This document shows positions 9,024 to 18,390 of a DNA stretch of 64,000 nucleotides, one piece after another. A program made the translations under genes and the position numbers. The stretch spans positions 62,001 through 126,000 of the forward strand of contig DATMBG010000006.1 in assembly GCA_035559535.1 (NCBI GenBank), given 5' to 3'. This DNA comes from Candidatus Limnocylindrales bacterium (GTDB lineage: Bacteria; Moduliflexota; Moduliflexia; Moduliflexales; JAUQPW01). Position 1 is the stretch's first letter. Each line of letters begins with the position of its first letter. A model generated the notes under the pieces. The model saw only the letters and a program-made list of their open reading frames with translations. It had not been told where the DNA came from and searched no databases.

Positions 9024-11207
9024 TCAAAACAGCGATTTTCCATCAAAATAAGGCGGAACTTCAACTCCTAAGGATTTTAAAATGGTTGGAGCAATATCGA
9101 CAATATGGGGAGATGTTGTCCGAACAGGTCGATTGCAGAAAAGAACTCCCGGGACCAATTGAGGATCCATACAGTGATCTCCACCCCAGGCTTTTTCGTT
9201 ATTTTTAAAGACCTGCTCATCTAACCTTCCGGTTACTGATTCCCAGGAAGCCCGATATCCTTTATTATATCCGATGATGAGATCGGGAGCATTCTCCATG
9301 TAGGGACCCGAGTAAACCTCCCGGCTATCATAAACTCTCCGGATAGCAACCTCACCGGTTTCCTCATCCTTCAAGCCTGTGAGTTTCATGCTCAATTCTT
9401 TCTTCAACTCCTCAAACTCTCTCCCGGGTTTCACAATTCCCATGGCTTCCCGCCCTTTCAGGTTGATATATAGGCCTGCCAGGCCTAAAGCGTATGCCTT
9501 GGTTCGACTCCAATCTACCCGTCTCAGCCAATCATTCCCCCTACTTCCGGTGTTTTCTTCCAGAAACAGATAACCATTCTGATATAACCAGGTATTCAGA
9601 TTAACCCCACGTTGGAACCGGCTAAATCCATGATCGGACATAACCAGAAGAAGGGTCTTCTCATCAACCTTTTCCATTACCCGCCCCAGCAGATCATCCA
9701 TACGCTTATAAAGGTCCGGTATGACACCTGTAAGGGAGTGGGAGAGTGGGGGGGTATGGGAGTATGGAGGTGGGGGAGTATGGAAGTGTGGAAGTATGGA
9801 AGTGTGGGGGTGTAGGGGAGATTCGCCTATACTCCCATACTCCCTCCCCTCCATACTTTCTTTCTTCCAATACTTCCAGAACATGTGCTGAATCCGATCG
9901 GTTGTATCGAAAACACATACACATAGACCTTTTCGAATTTTCTCTAATTCGTGAAAGAGCATCTTCTCCCGCTCTTCATGGATCAGGTAAGCCTGTTCCA
10001 GAAAAGCTTTTTCATCCAGTGCCCCTTCGTTTAAGGCCCAGGTATCCTCGGCGAGTCCTAAGGTCGTATAACTTCCGATTACTTTAGCCAGGTAGATGGA
10101 GTAGATAAAGGGATATGATATGGGAAGGGCCGGATTTTCGGGGTCGATGTTGATGGGGGAGAGATAGAGTCCAAATTCCGGGAAGATACTTTTGAGATAA
10201 AACCGACAGATCCCGTAAACTTTCATTCCCAGACCTAATTTGAAGGTGAGGCGAACCCAGGGAGAATATTGTCCTTTTTTGAGCCGAAGCTTCTGACCTG
10301 AAACTTCCAGTTCAACCTCTTCTGAATCTTTATAGATGGTAATGAAAAGGGGCAGTTTGATTTCGGTGCGTTTCTTAAGGATTGGATTTTCCGGTCCTTC
10401 AATAAAGGTTCGGATTTTGTTTTCTACGATTTCTACTTTAAAAAATCTTCCTTCGGTGTGCCCTTCAAGTTCATCCTGGCTGGTTGTATAGTAGGAAAAG
10501 GTGCCTTGCGAGCCTCTTAGATCGGGTACCCCCATAGCCGATAACACACGGCCTGCAAACTTTTCCGGCGGAAAGGTAATGGGAACCCGCAGAATAGAAC
10601 TGGAAATACCTTTTTCCCCGAGGATATTCCAAAAGGGTTTTCCTTTCCGCAGAAGTTTAATTTGAGGTCTTCCCAAAGGAATCACATACTTTCCCAGGGA
10701 GAGGGTTCTGGAAGGTCCTCCAATATGAGCTGAAGAAAGGTAGGGAAGATAGGTTTTGCGATCGCGGCTCAAGAAATCAAATATATTATGTCTTCCCGGA
10801 TTGACTCCCGTGATAAAGGAAGACCAGGCAACCGGGGATATGGAAGGGGTAGTCGTCTGAAGTCGGTGATAGCTCCCCATCTCTTTGAGTTTTGAAAAAT
10901 TTTTGAGATGTCCTTGTTCCATGAGCTCTTCCACCGTAGAGGGGTCCATACCATCCAATCCGATCACAATAACCCGATCGATATCACTTTTAACATAGCC
11001 TTTTTTCCTTTTCAATTTGATTAAAACAAGCCTTACAGGCAACAGGATAAGGGCCAGTAAAGCTAAAAGAAAGGTAGCCAACAAAATAAAAAAGGAACTA
11101 AAAAAGGCAAACCCAGCTCCCGGGCCAATATAGGCAGAGGCTATGGAAGGTAAACCCAGCAAAGCCACTATAAACAGATAAAATATAATGAGGCTTTTTT
11201 TCATCAT
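9024..11207 (-). CDS. Alkaline phosphatase superfamily phosphodiesterase-like protein with signal peptide, YIGPG motif and TM anchor (paralog of 6807-8861)
   Basis: Likely start MMKKSLII at 11207 (the longer ORF start overlaps the upstream gene); ASA|YIGPGAGFAFF then TM then KLKRKK; IGLDGMD, TTTPSISPVAWSSF, TDRIQH, MSDHGF, GGDH. Confidence 0.9.
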   Translation of the reverse strand: MMKKSLIIFYLFIVALLGLPSIASAYIGPGAGFAFFSSFFILLATFLLALLALILLPVRLVLIKLKRKKGYVKSDIDRVIVIGLDGMDPSTVEELMEQGHLKNFSKLKEMGSYHRLQTTTPSISPVAWSSFITGVNPGRHNIFDFLSRDRKTYLPYLSSAHIGGPSRTLSLGKYVIPLGRPQIKLLRKGKPFWNILGEKGISSSILRVPITFPPEKFAGRVLSAMGVPDLRGSQGTFSYYTTSQDELEGHTEGRFFKVEIVENKIRTFIEGPENPILKKRTEIKLPLFITIYKDSEEVELEVSGQKLRLKKGQYSPWVRLTFKLGLGMKVYGICRFYLKSIFPEFGLYLSPINIDPENPALPISYPFIYSIYLAKVIGSYTTLGLAEDTWALNEGALDEKAFLEQAYLIHEEREKMLFHELEKIRKGLCVCVFDTTDRIQHMFWKYWKKESMEGREYGSIGESPLHPHTSILPHFHTPPPPYSHTPPLSHSLTGVIPDLYKRMDDLLGRVMEKVDEKTLLLVMSDHGFSRFQRGVNLNTWLYQNGYLFLEENTGSRGNDWLRRVDWSRTKAYALGLAGLYINLKGREAMGIVKPGREFEELKKELSMKLTGLKDEETGEVAIRRVYDSREVYSGPYMENAPDLIIGYNKGYRASWESVTGRLDEQVFKNNEKAWGGDHCMDPQLVPGVLFCNRPVRTTSPHIVDIAPTILKSLGVEVPPYFDGKSLF
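9733..9862. repeat. GGGAGTAT/ATACTCCC 8-mer inverted array translated in frame within the AlkP gene
   Basis: gggagtgggagagtgggggggtatgggagtatggag...atactcccatactccc; encodes EYGSIGESPLHPHTSILPHFHTPPPPYSHTPPLSHS. Confidence 0.85.
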
Positions 11208-11256
11208 TTTGTTTTTGTTGGTTGAAATGTAAGCTAGCATGTAACTCCAGGGGGTG

Positions 11257-11802
11257 TCAAGATTGAAATTTTTTACCGCCCCAGTGTATGACCAGAAAAA
11301 GGATAATACCAAATAAGATGGTTTCAAAGGCGATGGTTTCCCAATTGATTATAGACCATATTCCCAATTTAAAATCTACAGAAGGAAGTAAGGCCATAGG
11401 GGAGGTATATTTTTTAGTGATCCAGGGATAAAATATAGCGATCCCCTGTCCGCTCCGGTGCCCCAATTCATCTCCGCAAAAAAAGTCCATAAAGCCATGG
11501 GAGAAGATGAGGATAAAATACCGGAAAATTTTTTGTAATCTCTGTTCGATGGGAGAAAAAAAGCTCAGGGTCACGGCCAGCAGGAGGGCAAAAAAGGGAC
11601 TATGGGTAAAAGTCCTATGGATGGCATGCCGGTCCCCATAGACCCAAATCCCTGCCAGCATATCTATATCCGGTAAATTGGCCAGCGTCACGGCCGTCAG
11701 GATCTCCCATTTTTGTTCCCATACCTGCCCCCACCGTTTATAAGGATTCCACAAAAAGTAGAGACTCAGGCCTGCCAGAGAATGACCTACCGGTGATGAC
11801 AT
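11257..11802 (-). CDS. Membrane metal-dependent hydrolase (YdjM/DUF457-like)
   Basis: MSSPVGHSL, NLPDIDM, HRTFTHS, SHGFMDF motifs; start chosen at Met 11802. Confidence 0.85.
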   Translation of the reverse strand: MSSPVGHSLAGLSLYFLWNPYKRWGQVWEQKWEILTAVTLANLPDIDMLAGIWVYGDRHAIHRTFTHSPFFALLLAVTLSFFSPIEQRLQKIFRYFILIFSHGFMDFFCGDELGHRSGQGIAIFYPWITKKYTSPMALLPSVDFKLGIWSIINWETIAFETILFGIILFLVIHWGGKKFQS

Positions 11803-11859
11803 CAATGAAATAGGAACCAGAAATCCGAATTCAAAATCCAAAATTTAAACTTCTGGCTT

Positions 11860-13068
11860 CTAATTTCTACCTTCCGACTTCTGAAGTACTTTCTCATACA
11901 CCTCATCGATCTTCTCGGTGATAGCATTTAAACTAAACAATTCATCGACAGTTTTGCGGGCATTTTCTCCCAATCGACGTCGAAGTTCGGGATCTTTTAG
12001 GAGTTTAACAATCCCCCAACCGATTTCTTCGGCGCTGTGATCCTTCACTACAATGGCATCATACATGTTTTTCAAACCCTTAGAAGATCCGAGTGGACAA
12101 ACGATGGCATTTCCGGCTGCCATGTAGTTAAGCATTTTGATGGGAACACCCGGGCAATCCGGTCTAGAAACGACGGCAACGTCGGCTGCAGCTAAAAAGT
12201 AGGGAATTTCTTCCAAAGGCCTTTCGTCGGTGAAGAGGATATTTTTCAGAACTCCTAATTCGCTGGCCATAGTTCGGTACTTAGCAAGCTGAGCCTCATC
12301 GATATAGTTCCCAACCATCAGAAGAAGGGCTTGGGGAAATTCAGAGACAACCACTTTCATAGCCTGGATGAGGTAATCGATCCGCTGAAATTCATTGAGA
12401 AGTCCCGTATAGATGATCACCGGTCTTCCCCCTAAATTATATTTACGCCGCATGAGCTCTGGATCTTTATTTTGGAACATGGTCGGATCAATTCCCATTC
12501 GGATCAGGGTCATTTTCTTAGGATCAATTCCCTTCTCAAGGAGGAAATCGAACAATTCTTCTGCAATGGGAATCACATGATCTGCCATACGAGGAACCGT
12601 ATAGTCTAAGGCTTTAGCAAGACCAACGGCCAGGAATTTAGGTCGGATGAAATCATAGCTGGGTAATTCATCAATCATAGAATTGAGTTGAGTATATACC
12701 AAAGGTTTGCCCGTCCATTTCTTACCCAAATATCCAATAATCCCTCCTTCATAGTTATAGCCATGAATCACATCTACTCGATACTTTTTAATAACTTGAC
12801 AAAGCTTCCAAACCATTTGCAAATCAAATAGAGGTCTTTGGGCCGTGGGTCCTACGACGATCCGTTGGGAACCCCCAACCATACGGACTCGATGAAGGAT
12901 CAATCCGGGGTGGAGGGGAATTTTATCTTGAAGGGGATAGGTAATGACATGCACTTCATGACCTTTCTTGGCCTGAACCTGGATAATCTCTCGAATACTG
13001 GCCGGGGTTCCATGATTAACCGGAAACGGGCAAGGAGCTATGGCAGCTATGCAAAGAGGTCGTTTCAT
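11860..13068 (-). CDS. Glycosyltransferase family 4 (GT-B fold)
   Basis: GHEVHVIT, IIYTGLL..QRIDYLIQA, AADVAV..GVPIKMLNYMAAG, ELRRRLGENAR. Confidence 0.9.
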   Translation of the reverse strand: MKRPLCIAAIAPCPFPVNHGTPASIREIIQVQAKKGHEVHVITYPLQDKIPLHPGLILHRVRMVGGSQRIVVGPTAQRPLFDLQMVWKLCQVIKKYRVDVIHGYNYEGGIIGYLGKKWTGKPLVYTQLNSMIDELPSYDFIRPKFLAVGLAKALDYTVPRMADHVIPIAEELFDFLLEKGIDPKKMTLIRMGIDPTMFQNKDPELMRRKYNLGGRPVIIYTGLLNEFQRIDYLIQAMKVVVSEFPQALLLMVGNYIDEAQLAKYRTMASELGVLKNILFTDERPLEEIPYFLAAADVAVVSRPDCPGVPIKMLNYMAAGNAIVCPLGSSKGLKNMYDAIVVKDHSAEEIGWGIVKLLKDPELRRRLGENARKTVDELFSLNAITEKIDEVYEKVLQKSEGRN

Positions 13069-13071
13069 GTT

Positions 13072-13162
13072 AGAGAAGTAGAGGGGTATGGGAGTGGGAA
13101 AGTATTAGGAGAATATACTCCCATACTCCCATACCCCCCTGCCCCCATACCCCCACACTCTC
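13072..13162. repeat. 8-mer tandem inverted-repeat hairpin (GGGAGTAT/ATACTCCC)
   Basis: gaggggtatgggagtgggaaagtat...atactcccatactcccatacccc. Confidence 0.85.
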
Positions 13163-13173
13163 GGTAGCTTTCC

Positions 13174-14118
13174 TTAAAAGGCTTTTAATTGCTTACTAAA
13201 CCACTCCGTTGTCTGTTTCAGACCGTCATCGATAGAAGTCTTGGGTACCCATCCCAGCTTATCACCTGCTTTTTTGATGGAGATGTAATAGGTCTCTACT
13301 TTTTCCTTCTTCGTCAGGTCAAAGGATACATTTAAATGAGGCACTAATTCTTGGAGACTATCCAGAATAGATCGTGTAGAGGTTTGGGTTTCCCCACAGA
13401 TGTTAAATATTTCATTCTCCTGATCCAGGGCCAGTACCACGGCGTCCACCAAATCTTCCAGGTAAATAAATTGACGTGTGCGTTTTCCTTCTCCCCAGAC
13501 TACAATACGTTCTCCTTTTAAACCCTGCTCGATAAAAGTTCGGATCACATTAGATCCGTTCCCACATCCATATACAGAACCGAATCGCAGGATAATGTAT
13601 TTGATTCCATACTTTTTCTGATAGTCTTTAATGAGTTGTTCACTGAACAGCTTGCTCCGGGAGAAAGGTCCTAGATTGGTGATATCAATGGCCGTGGTTT
13701 CATCTACAAAATCTCGGCCACAATTCTCATAAATTAAAAATGTACTGGCAAAGAGAATCTTAGGGATTTTATGGGTACGGCAAATTTCTAAAATGTTAGC
13801 CGTTCCCATTTCGTTAATATAGACCGCATGGTAAGGATTGGAGTTCGCATCATCGGCAACTAATCCAGCAAGATGGCAGACGATATCCACATCTTTGGGT
13901 ATTGCCCGGCTGAGTTCATCAAGTTTAGTAATATCCACCAGTTTTAACCTTTCTGCCGGATAGCCATTTCCGTTAAGGGAAGCTTGCTTATCTATTACCA
14001 GAACCTGATGGCCTATTGCCTGGAGTCTCCTGACCAGGGCTTGACCAATAAATCCGGCACCACCTGTAACGACAATATTTTTAGGAACTATTGGATTTTT
14101 TGAATTCATGCCAGGCAC
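13174..14118 (-). CDS. NAD-dependent epimerase/dehydratase (extended SDR)
   Basis: VTGGAGFIG, VCHLAG, FAST..IY, LRFGSVYG, WGEGKRTRQFIYLEDL; the YxxxK motif reads FSRSK. Confidence 0.88.
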   Translation of the reverse strand: MPGMNSKNPIVPKNIVVTGGAGFIGQALVRRLQAIGHQVLVIDKQASLNGNGYPAERLKLVDITKLDELSRAIPKDVDIVCHLAGLVADDANSNPYHAVYINEMGTANILEICRTHKIPKILFASTFLIYENCGRDFVDETTAIDITNLGPFSRSKLFSEQLIKDYQKKYGIKYIILRFGSVYGCGNGSNVIRTFIEQGLKGERIVVWGEGKRTRQFIYLEDLVDAVVLALDQENEIFNICGETQTSTRSILDSLQELVPHLNVSFDLTKKEKVETYYISIKKAGDKLGWVPKTSIDDGLKQTTEWFSKQLKAF

Positions 14119-15215
14119 CTCCCAATGGAATCGACTACATATCTGGCCTCTTCATCTGTCAGGGTATAATAGATCGGAGGACAGATATGCCTTTTAGCCA
14201 GATCTTCCGAAACAGGCAGACTTTCTGTTGCATAATCTTTAAAAACCGGTTGTAAATGGCAGGGAACTTCATAAACGTACCCTCCCATGGTCACGTTATA
14301 ATCTGCCTTCATTTTTTTATGGAATAAATCTCGATCTACCCCTGGGGGAAGGAAAGCTATATATTTGTAGAAATTGTGTCGGACATTGGCAGGAACTTTC
14401 AAAGTACTAATCTGAGGGATTTCACGGAATTTCTCATCATAAATTTTAGCAATTTCATTTCTTCGTTGAATAAACGAATCCAGTTCACTTAACTGAGCAA
14501 GTCCCAGAAGGGCTTCTACTTCCGGCATCCGCCAGTTATATCCGAACTCCCGATGGTAATTGGTGTTATTGATCTTCGCATGATTCCTCAGGAGCAAAGC
14601 CCGGTTATAAATATCCGGATCGTTGGTGGTAACCATTCCGCCTTCCCCCGTCGTCATAACCTTGGTTGAGAAAAAAGAAAATCCTGCTGCGATCCCTAAG
14701 GTTCCTGCTTTTCTGCCATCCAGAGCGCTCCCATGGGCATGGGCAGCATCTTCGACCAGGAGGAGTCCTTTTTCCTTACAAAGGTCCATGAGTTCATAGG
14801 TATGGGGAGAGACAAGTCCTCCGATGTGAACGGTAATAATGACCTTGGTCTTCGGAGTTAAGCGCTTTCGCACATCCTCAGGATCTACAGTCATATCCGA
14901 GGTACAATCTGCAAAAATCGGTCGACCTCCCGCACTTATTACTGTATAGGCTGTGGCGGCGAAGGTCATCGTAGGGACGATGACATCATAATCTTTCACG
15001 CCGATGGCCCGAAGGATAATCTCTAAAGCTGAAGTTCCACTATTACAACTAACGGCAAATTTAGTTCCTATATAACTGGCAAAGCTTTTCTCAAAGTTCT
15101 CTCCATGCTTATACATGGAGAGAAAAGACTTTCCTTCTAAAATCTCTCGAAAATGGGTCAGAATAAACTCAATACTAGAAGGTGAAAAATAAGCTTTCGT
15201 TGCAGCTATCTTCAT
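14106..15215 (-). CDS. DegT/DnrJ/EryC1/StrS PLP-dependent sugar aminotransferase
   Basis: NSGTSAL, VEDAAHAHG, FSFFSTKVMTTGEGG (PLP Lys), GYNWRM. Confidence 0.93.
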   Translation of the reverse strand: MKIAATKAYFSPSSIEFILTHFREILEGKSFLSMYKHGENFEKSFASYIGTKFAVSCNSGTSALEIILRAIGVKDYDVIVPTMTFAATAYTVISAGGRPIFADCTSDMTVDPEDVRKRLTPKTKVIITVHIGGLVSPHTYELMDLCKEKGLLLVEDAAHAHGSALDGRKAGTLGIAAGFSFFSTKVMTTGEGGMVTTNDPDIYNRALLLRNHAKINNTNYHREFGYNWRMPEVEALLGLAQLSELDSFIQRRNEIAKIYDEKFREIPQISTLKVPANVRHNFYKYIAFLPPGVDRDLFHKKMKADYNVTMGGYVYEVPCHLQPVFKDYATESLPVSEDLAKRHICPPIYYTLTDEEARYVVDSIGRCLA

Positions 15216-15345
15216 GTGGTAGATCTCCTTAAAAATGTCGGTTTAGCTTACTCTCGTATCAGAAACAGCCAAAATCGAATCTGGGAAAAAAGGTTTTCTT
15301 AACCTGTGTGTTAGACGACCTGATAATCGACCTGCTTTAAGAACT

Positions 15346-15361
15346 AGCAATATACATACCA
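15346..15361 (-). promoter_or_regulatory. Sigma-54 -24/-12 promoter candidate upstream of the DegT gene
   Basis: Minus strand TGGTATGTATATTGCT matches TGGYAY-N5-TTGCW, about 130 nt upstream of the ATG. Confidence 0.6.
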
Positions 15362-15385
15362 TCCTGCGATAAGATAACTCCCCAC

Positions 15386-17116
15386 CTATTCAATGTATCC
15401 CATTCCCTTAAGTCTTTCGCTGATCTCAAGGGTTTCTTCATCCGAGTAAGTGTCTACATCGGTTTTTTCCCATCCACCTCCTCCTACCTGACGGGTGCGA
15501 ATAGGATTTTTCAGCCGGTAGGTATCCTGAAAAGCTTCCATCAGAACCCTTCCTTCTAAATCATCTGGAACCGGTACACCTAACAGATAGAGTATGGTGG
15601 AAGGAAGGTCTATAATGCGAGCTCCCTGAAGAGGAAAATTACGCTTGATCATGGGTCCCACCATCATAAGAATTCCTTGATCTCGATGGCTTCCTGTACG
15701 ACCCGAGAAAAACTTAGGCTCACCGGGGGAATCCGGTTTCAACCGCGTAATCGGAGCTCGATCTTTAGAGTAGTAACTGGATCTACTTTGGTAAGAATAT
15801 CCCCGATCCAGACTCCACTTGATTAAGAGATCTGGAGCCCTATGAACGTATTTACCCTGATAAACTTCTTCCCGTGTATAAACCTCTTCCACCACAGGTT
15901 GTTGAGTTTCAGGATCCTTCCACGCCTTCAGGAGCCGGATCACCCGTTGACGGATCTTTTCGTATTCCTCTCCCGGTTCGACAATTCCTTCCGGTTCTCT
16001 CCCTTTCAAATTGATCCAAATCGTCGGGTAGTAAGGTGTTTCTTCAGAATAAGCCAGGGTATTCTTCCAATCTATGGCAGAGAAGCGTAGCCAGGATTCC
16101 ATTTTATTAACGATGTGGGTTCTTCGACGAAAAAGCTCTTTCTTAATGCGTGGAGGGATAGTTTTAAGGCCCCAATGCTTAGCCCAATTCAAGACTTTAG
16201 AAAATATACTTTGGAAAGAGGTTTTCTCACTGGAAGCGCGAAATTTGAGAAGTCCTATGCTTTCCAACCATCGATTCAGGTAAATGACCTTGTCTCCGGC
16301 CCCACCGAATCCGTGATCTGACATAAGAATAACCACGGTGTCTTCGGATATCATGCCGGTCAGTTCTCCAATAATACGATCCAGGGTCTGATAGACGGTG
16401 AGAACGGCTTTGGCACATTCCGGTGATTCATGGGGGTCGTGGAGAGGTGAGTTCGGATCGTGATACTTCCAGTAGTGATGGCCGATCAAATCCGATTCTC
16501 CAAACAAAATCATGAAGCAGTCCCAAGGTTCTCGCTGCAAAAGGTATTTCGCAGTTGCCGCTTTCCGTTCAATGGTCTTCAAAATAACGGGGAGTGCTTC
16601 TGCCGGGCGGCCTTCATTCATATATTTCATGATATCTGCCGAAATGATATAGCCTCCGATACTTCGTTTCAGCTCTTCGTAGAGTTCCGGAGGATACATA
16701 GAAGTAGGATCGGCCTCCGAAGCCACTCCCGGAGCATCAAAGCCACAAATCATAACCCCGTTAATTTCTTCAGGCGGATAAGTGACCGGTACTGCCACCA
16801 CCCCAACACGCTTACCTGCTTCGCTGAGGATCTTCCAGATGGTTTTGCTCTGCCGACGTTTGGCATTGACGAACTCTATCTCGTAACTTCCCGGTTTACG
16901 CTCGGTAAAATCAAAAATACCATGATTCCCCGGGTTTTTCCCGGTCATAAAGGTTGTCCATGCCGGAAAAGTCATGGGAGGAAAGGTCGATTGTAATTCC
17001 CCATAGGATCCACGCTCCATAATTCTGGCTAAATTGGGCAATTTGCCTTCAGCCGCCCAAGGCCGGATTAAGTCGAAGGTTCCTCCATCGAGACCGATAA
17101 TAAGTATCTTGTTCAT
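15386..17116 (-). CDS. Alkaline phosphatase superfamily phosphodiesterase-like protein (cytoplasmic) with an RLKGMGYIE tail
   Basis: IGLDGG, STFPPMTFPAWTTF (Thr nucleophile), SDLIGH, MSDHGF, GSH; AGGAGG RBS; no signal peptide. Confidence 0.9.
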   Translation of the reverse strand: MNKILIIGLDGGTFDLIRPWAAEGKLPNLARIMERGSYGELQSTFPPMTFPAWTTFMTGKNPGNHGIFDFTERKPGSYEIEFVNAKRRQSKTIWKILSEAGKRVGVVAVPVTYPPEEINGVMICGFDAPGVASEADPTSMYPPELYEELKRSIGGYIISADIMKYMNEGRPAEALPVILKTIERKAATAKYLLQREPWDCFMILFGESDLIGHHYWKYHDPNSPLHDPHESPECAKAVLTVYQTLDRIIGELTGMISEDTVVILMSDHGFGGAGDKVIYLNRWLESIGLLKFRASSEKTSFQSIFSKVLNWAKHWGLKTIPPRIKKELFRRRTHIVNKMESWLRFSAIDWKNTLAYSEETPYYPTIWINLKGREPEGIVEPGEEYEKIRQRVIRLLKAWKDPETQQPVVEEVYTREEVYQGKYVHRAPDLLIKWSLDRGYSYQSRSSYYSKDRAPITRLKPDSPGEPKFFSGRTGSHRDQGILMMVGPMIKRNFPLQGARIIDLPSTILYLLGVPVPDDLEGRVLMEAFQDTYRLKNPIRTRQVGGGGWEKTDVDTYSDEETLEISERLKGMGYIE

Positions 17117-17260
17117 GAAAAGAACGCCTCCTGGTTCATCACAGAATAAAGTGATTCAAAAATTATACAGTTTGGGGAAAGAAGGTAGCCGTTATCCTTA
17201 CACCTTTTAGTCTGCTTTTTCAGGGAAATAGATGCATTTCGCAGACCGCCTCTATTTTAG

Positions 17261-18289
17261 CTATGCAAGATATAAACCGTTTCCTTCTACTTCTAAAAGT
17301 TCACAGGATCCCTGTTTTTCCCCTTTATAGCCCTGCGCGATCTGCCTCAATTCTTCTTTGTAAACCTCCTCCATGAGCCTTCTCGCCTTTCCCAGGTTAT
17401 AAACCCCGGTTAAGCCTACCCTTTGTGCATTTAGTGCAGCCGCAGCGTGGGCAAACAAATTGGCCCGGAGAACGTCTGGCTCCTTTACATAGTAGGCCAG
17501 AAAAGCCGAAATGAAGACATCTCCACAGCCGGTGGGATCTACTACCTTTTCCAGAGGGACCCCTCGGGAGACGTAAAAATAGATGGTATTATCGGCATCT
17601 CGATAAACAAGCTGAGATCCTTCCGATCCAAGGGTAATCAATACCACCGAAACCCCCTGTCGAATCAGTTTTAATGCAGTCTGCAGATAGGGCTCTTCTA
17701 AAAGACTTGCCCCATCGGATAAGGTTCTGATTTCATTCTCATTCAGTTTAACGATATCTACCCGGTCTAACCACTTTCGCCAATCTGGAATAGGTCGGAA
17801 AAACTTGGTTCCATCCTCCTTTAAACCGGTACTGAGCCATTGAACATCCACACAGAGTAGCCCGGTTCTATGGGTTTTGAGGTAATTCAGGGCTTCCAGC
17901 GAAATATCCGATCCGGAGATAAAATTCACAAGTATGGCTTCTGCAGACAGACCCCCTTGGACCTCTGATAACGAAAGGGGAGAAACTCGACAGGCGAGTT
18001 TTTCTGTTCGGGTATTCACAGAGGTGTAAGTAATTACATTTTCGTTGGTTCCCCCCGGGTCCCTCTGGATGTGATCCAGCCGAATCTGGGGAAAAGGTTT
18101 ACACAACGAGAGGATAGCTTCATAGTGATCCACTCCTATTTTGCATATCGGCAAGATGGTATCACCGGCAGGAAGGAGAGTAGCCAGGGACAGAACATTA
18201 TAGAGAATTCCCCCAAAGCTTTGCTGGATCTTTCCATCGGGCAAAATGAGGGTATCGAGATTGATGGTTCCAATAACAGCAATATTCAA
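17261..18289 (-). CDS. PfkB-family carbohydrate kinase
   Basis: IAVIGTINLD, VKLNENE, ITLGSEGS, VDPTGCGDVF. Confidence 0.9.
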   Translation of the reverse strand: MNIAVIGTINLDTLILPDGKIQQSFGGILYNVLSLATLLPAGDTILPICKIGVDHYEAILSLCKPFPQIRLDHIQRDPGGTNENVITYTSVNTRTEKLACRVSPLSLSEVQGGLSAEAILVNFISGSDISLEALNYLKTHRTGLLCVDVQWLSTGLKEDGTKFFRPIPDWRKWLDRVDIVKLNENEIRTLSDGASLLEEPYLQTALKLIRQGVSVVLITLGSEGSQLVYRDADNTIYFYVSRGVPLEKVVDPTGCGDVFISAFLAYYVKEPDVLRANLFAHAAAALNAQRVGLTGVYNLGKARRLMEEVYKEELRQIAQGYKGEKQGSCELLEVEGNGLYLA

Positions 18290-18390
18290 CAGGTAACGCG
18301 AAACCGGGTTTCATGGGAACCTGGGAATAACCCGTTCTTTAGGGGACATGAAACGGAATTTCGCGGGAATGAGGAAATGACTCTTCTACT

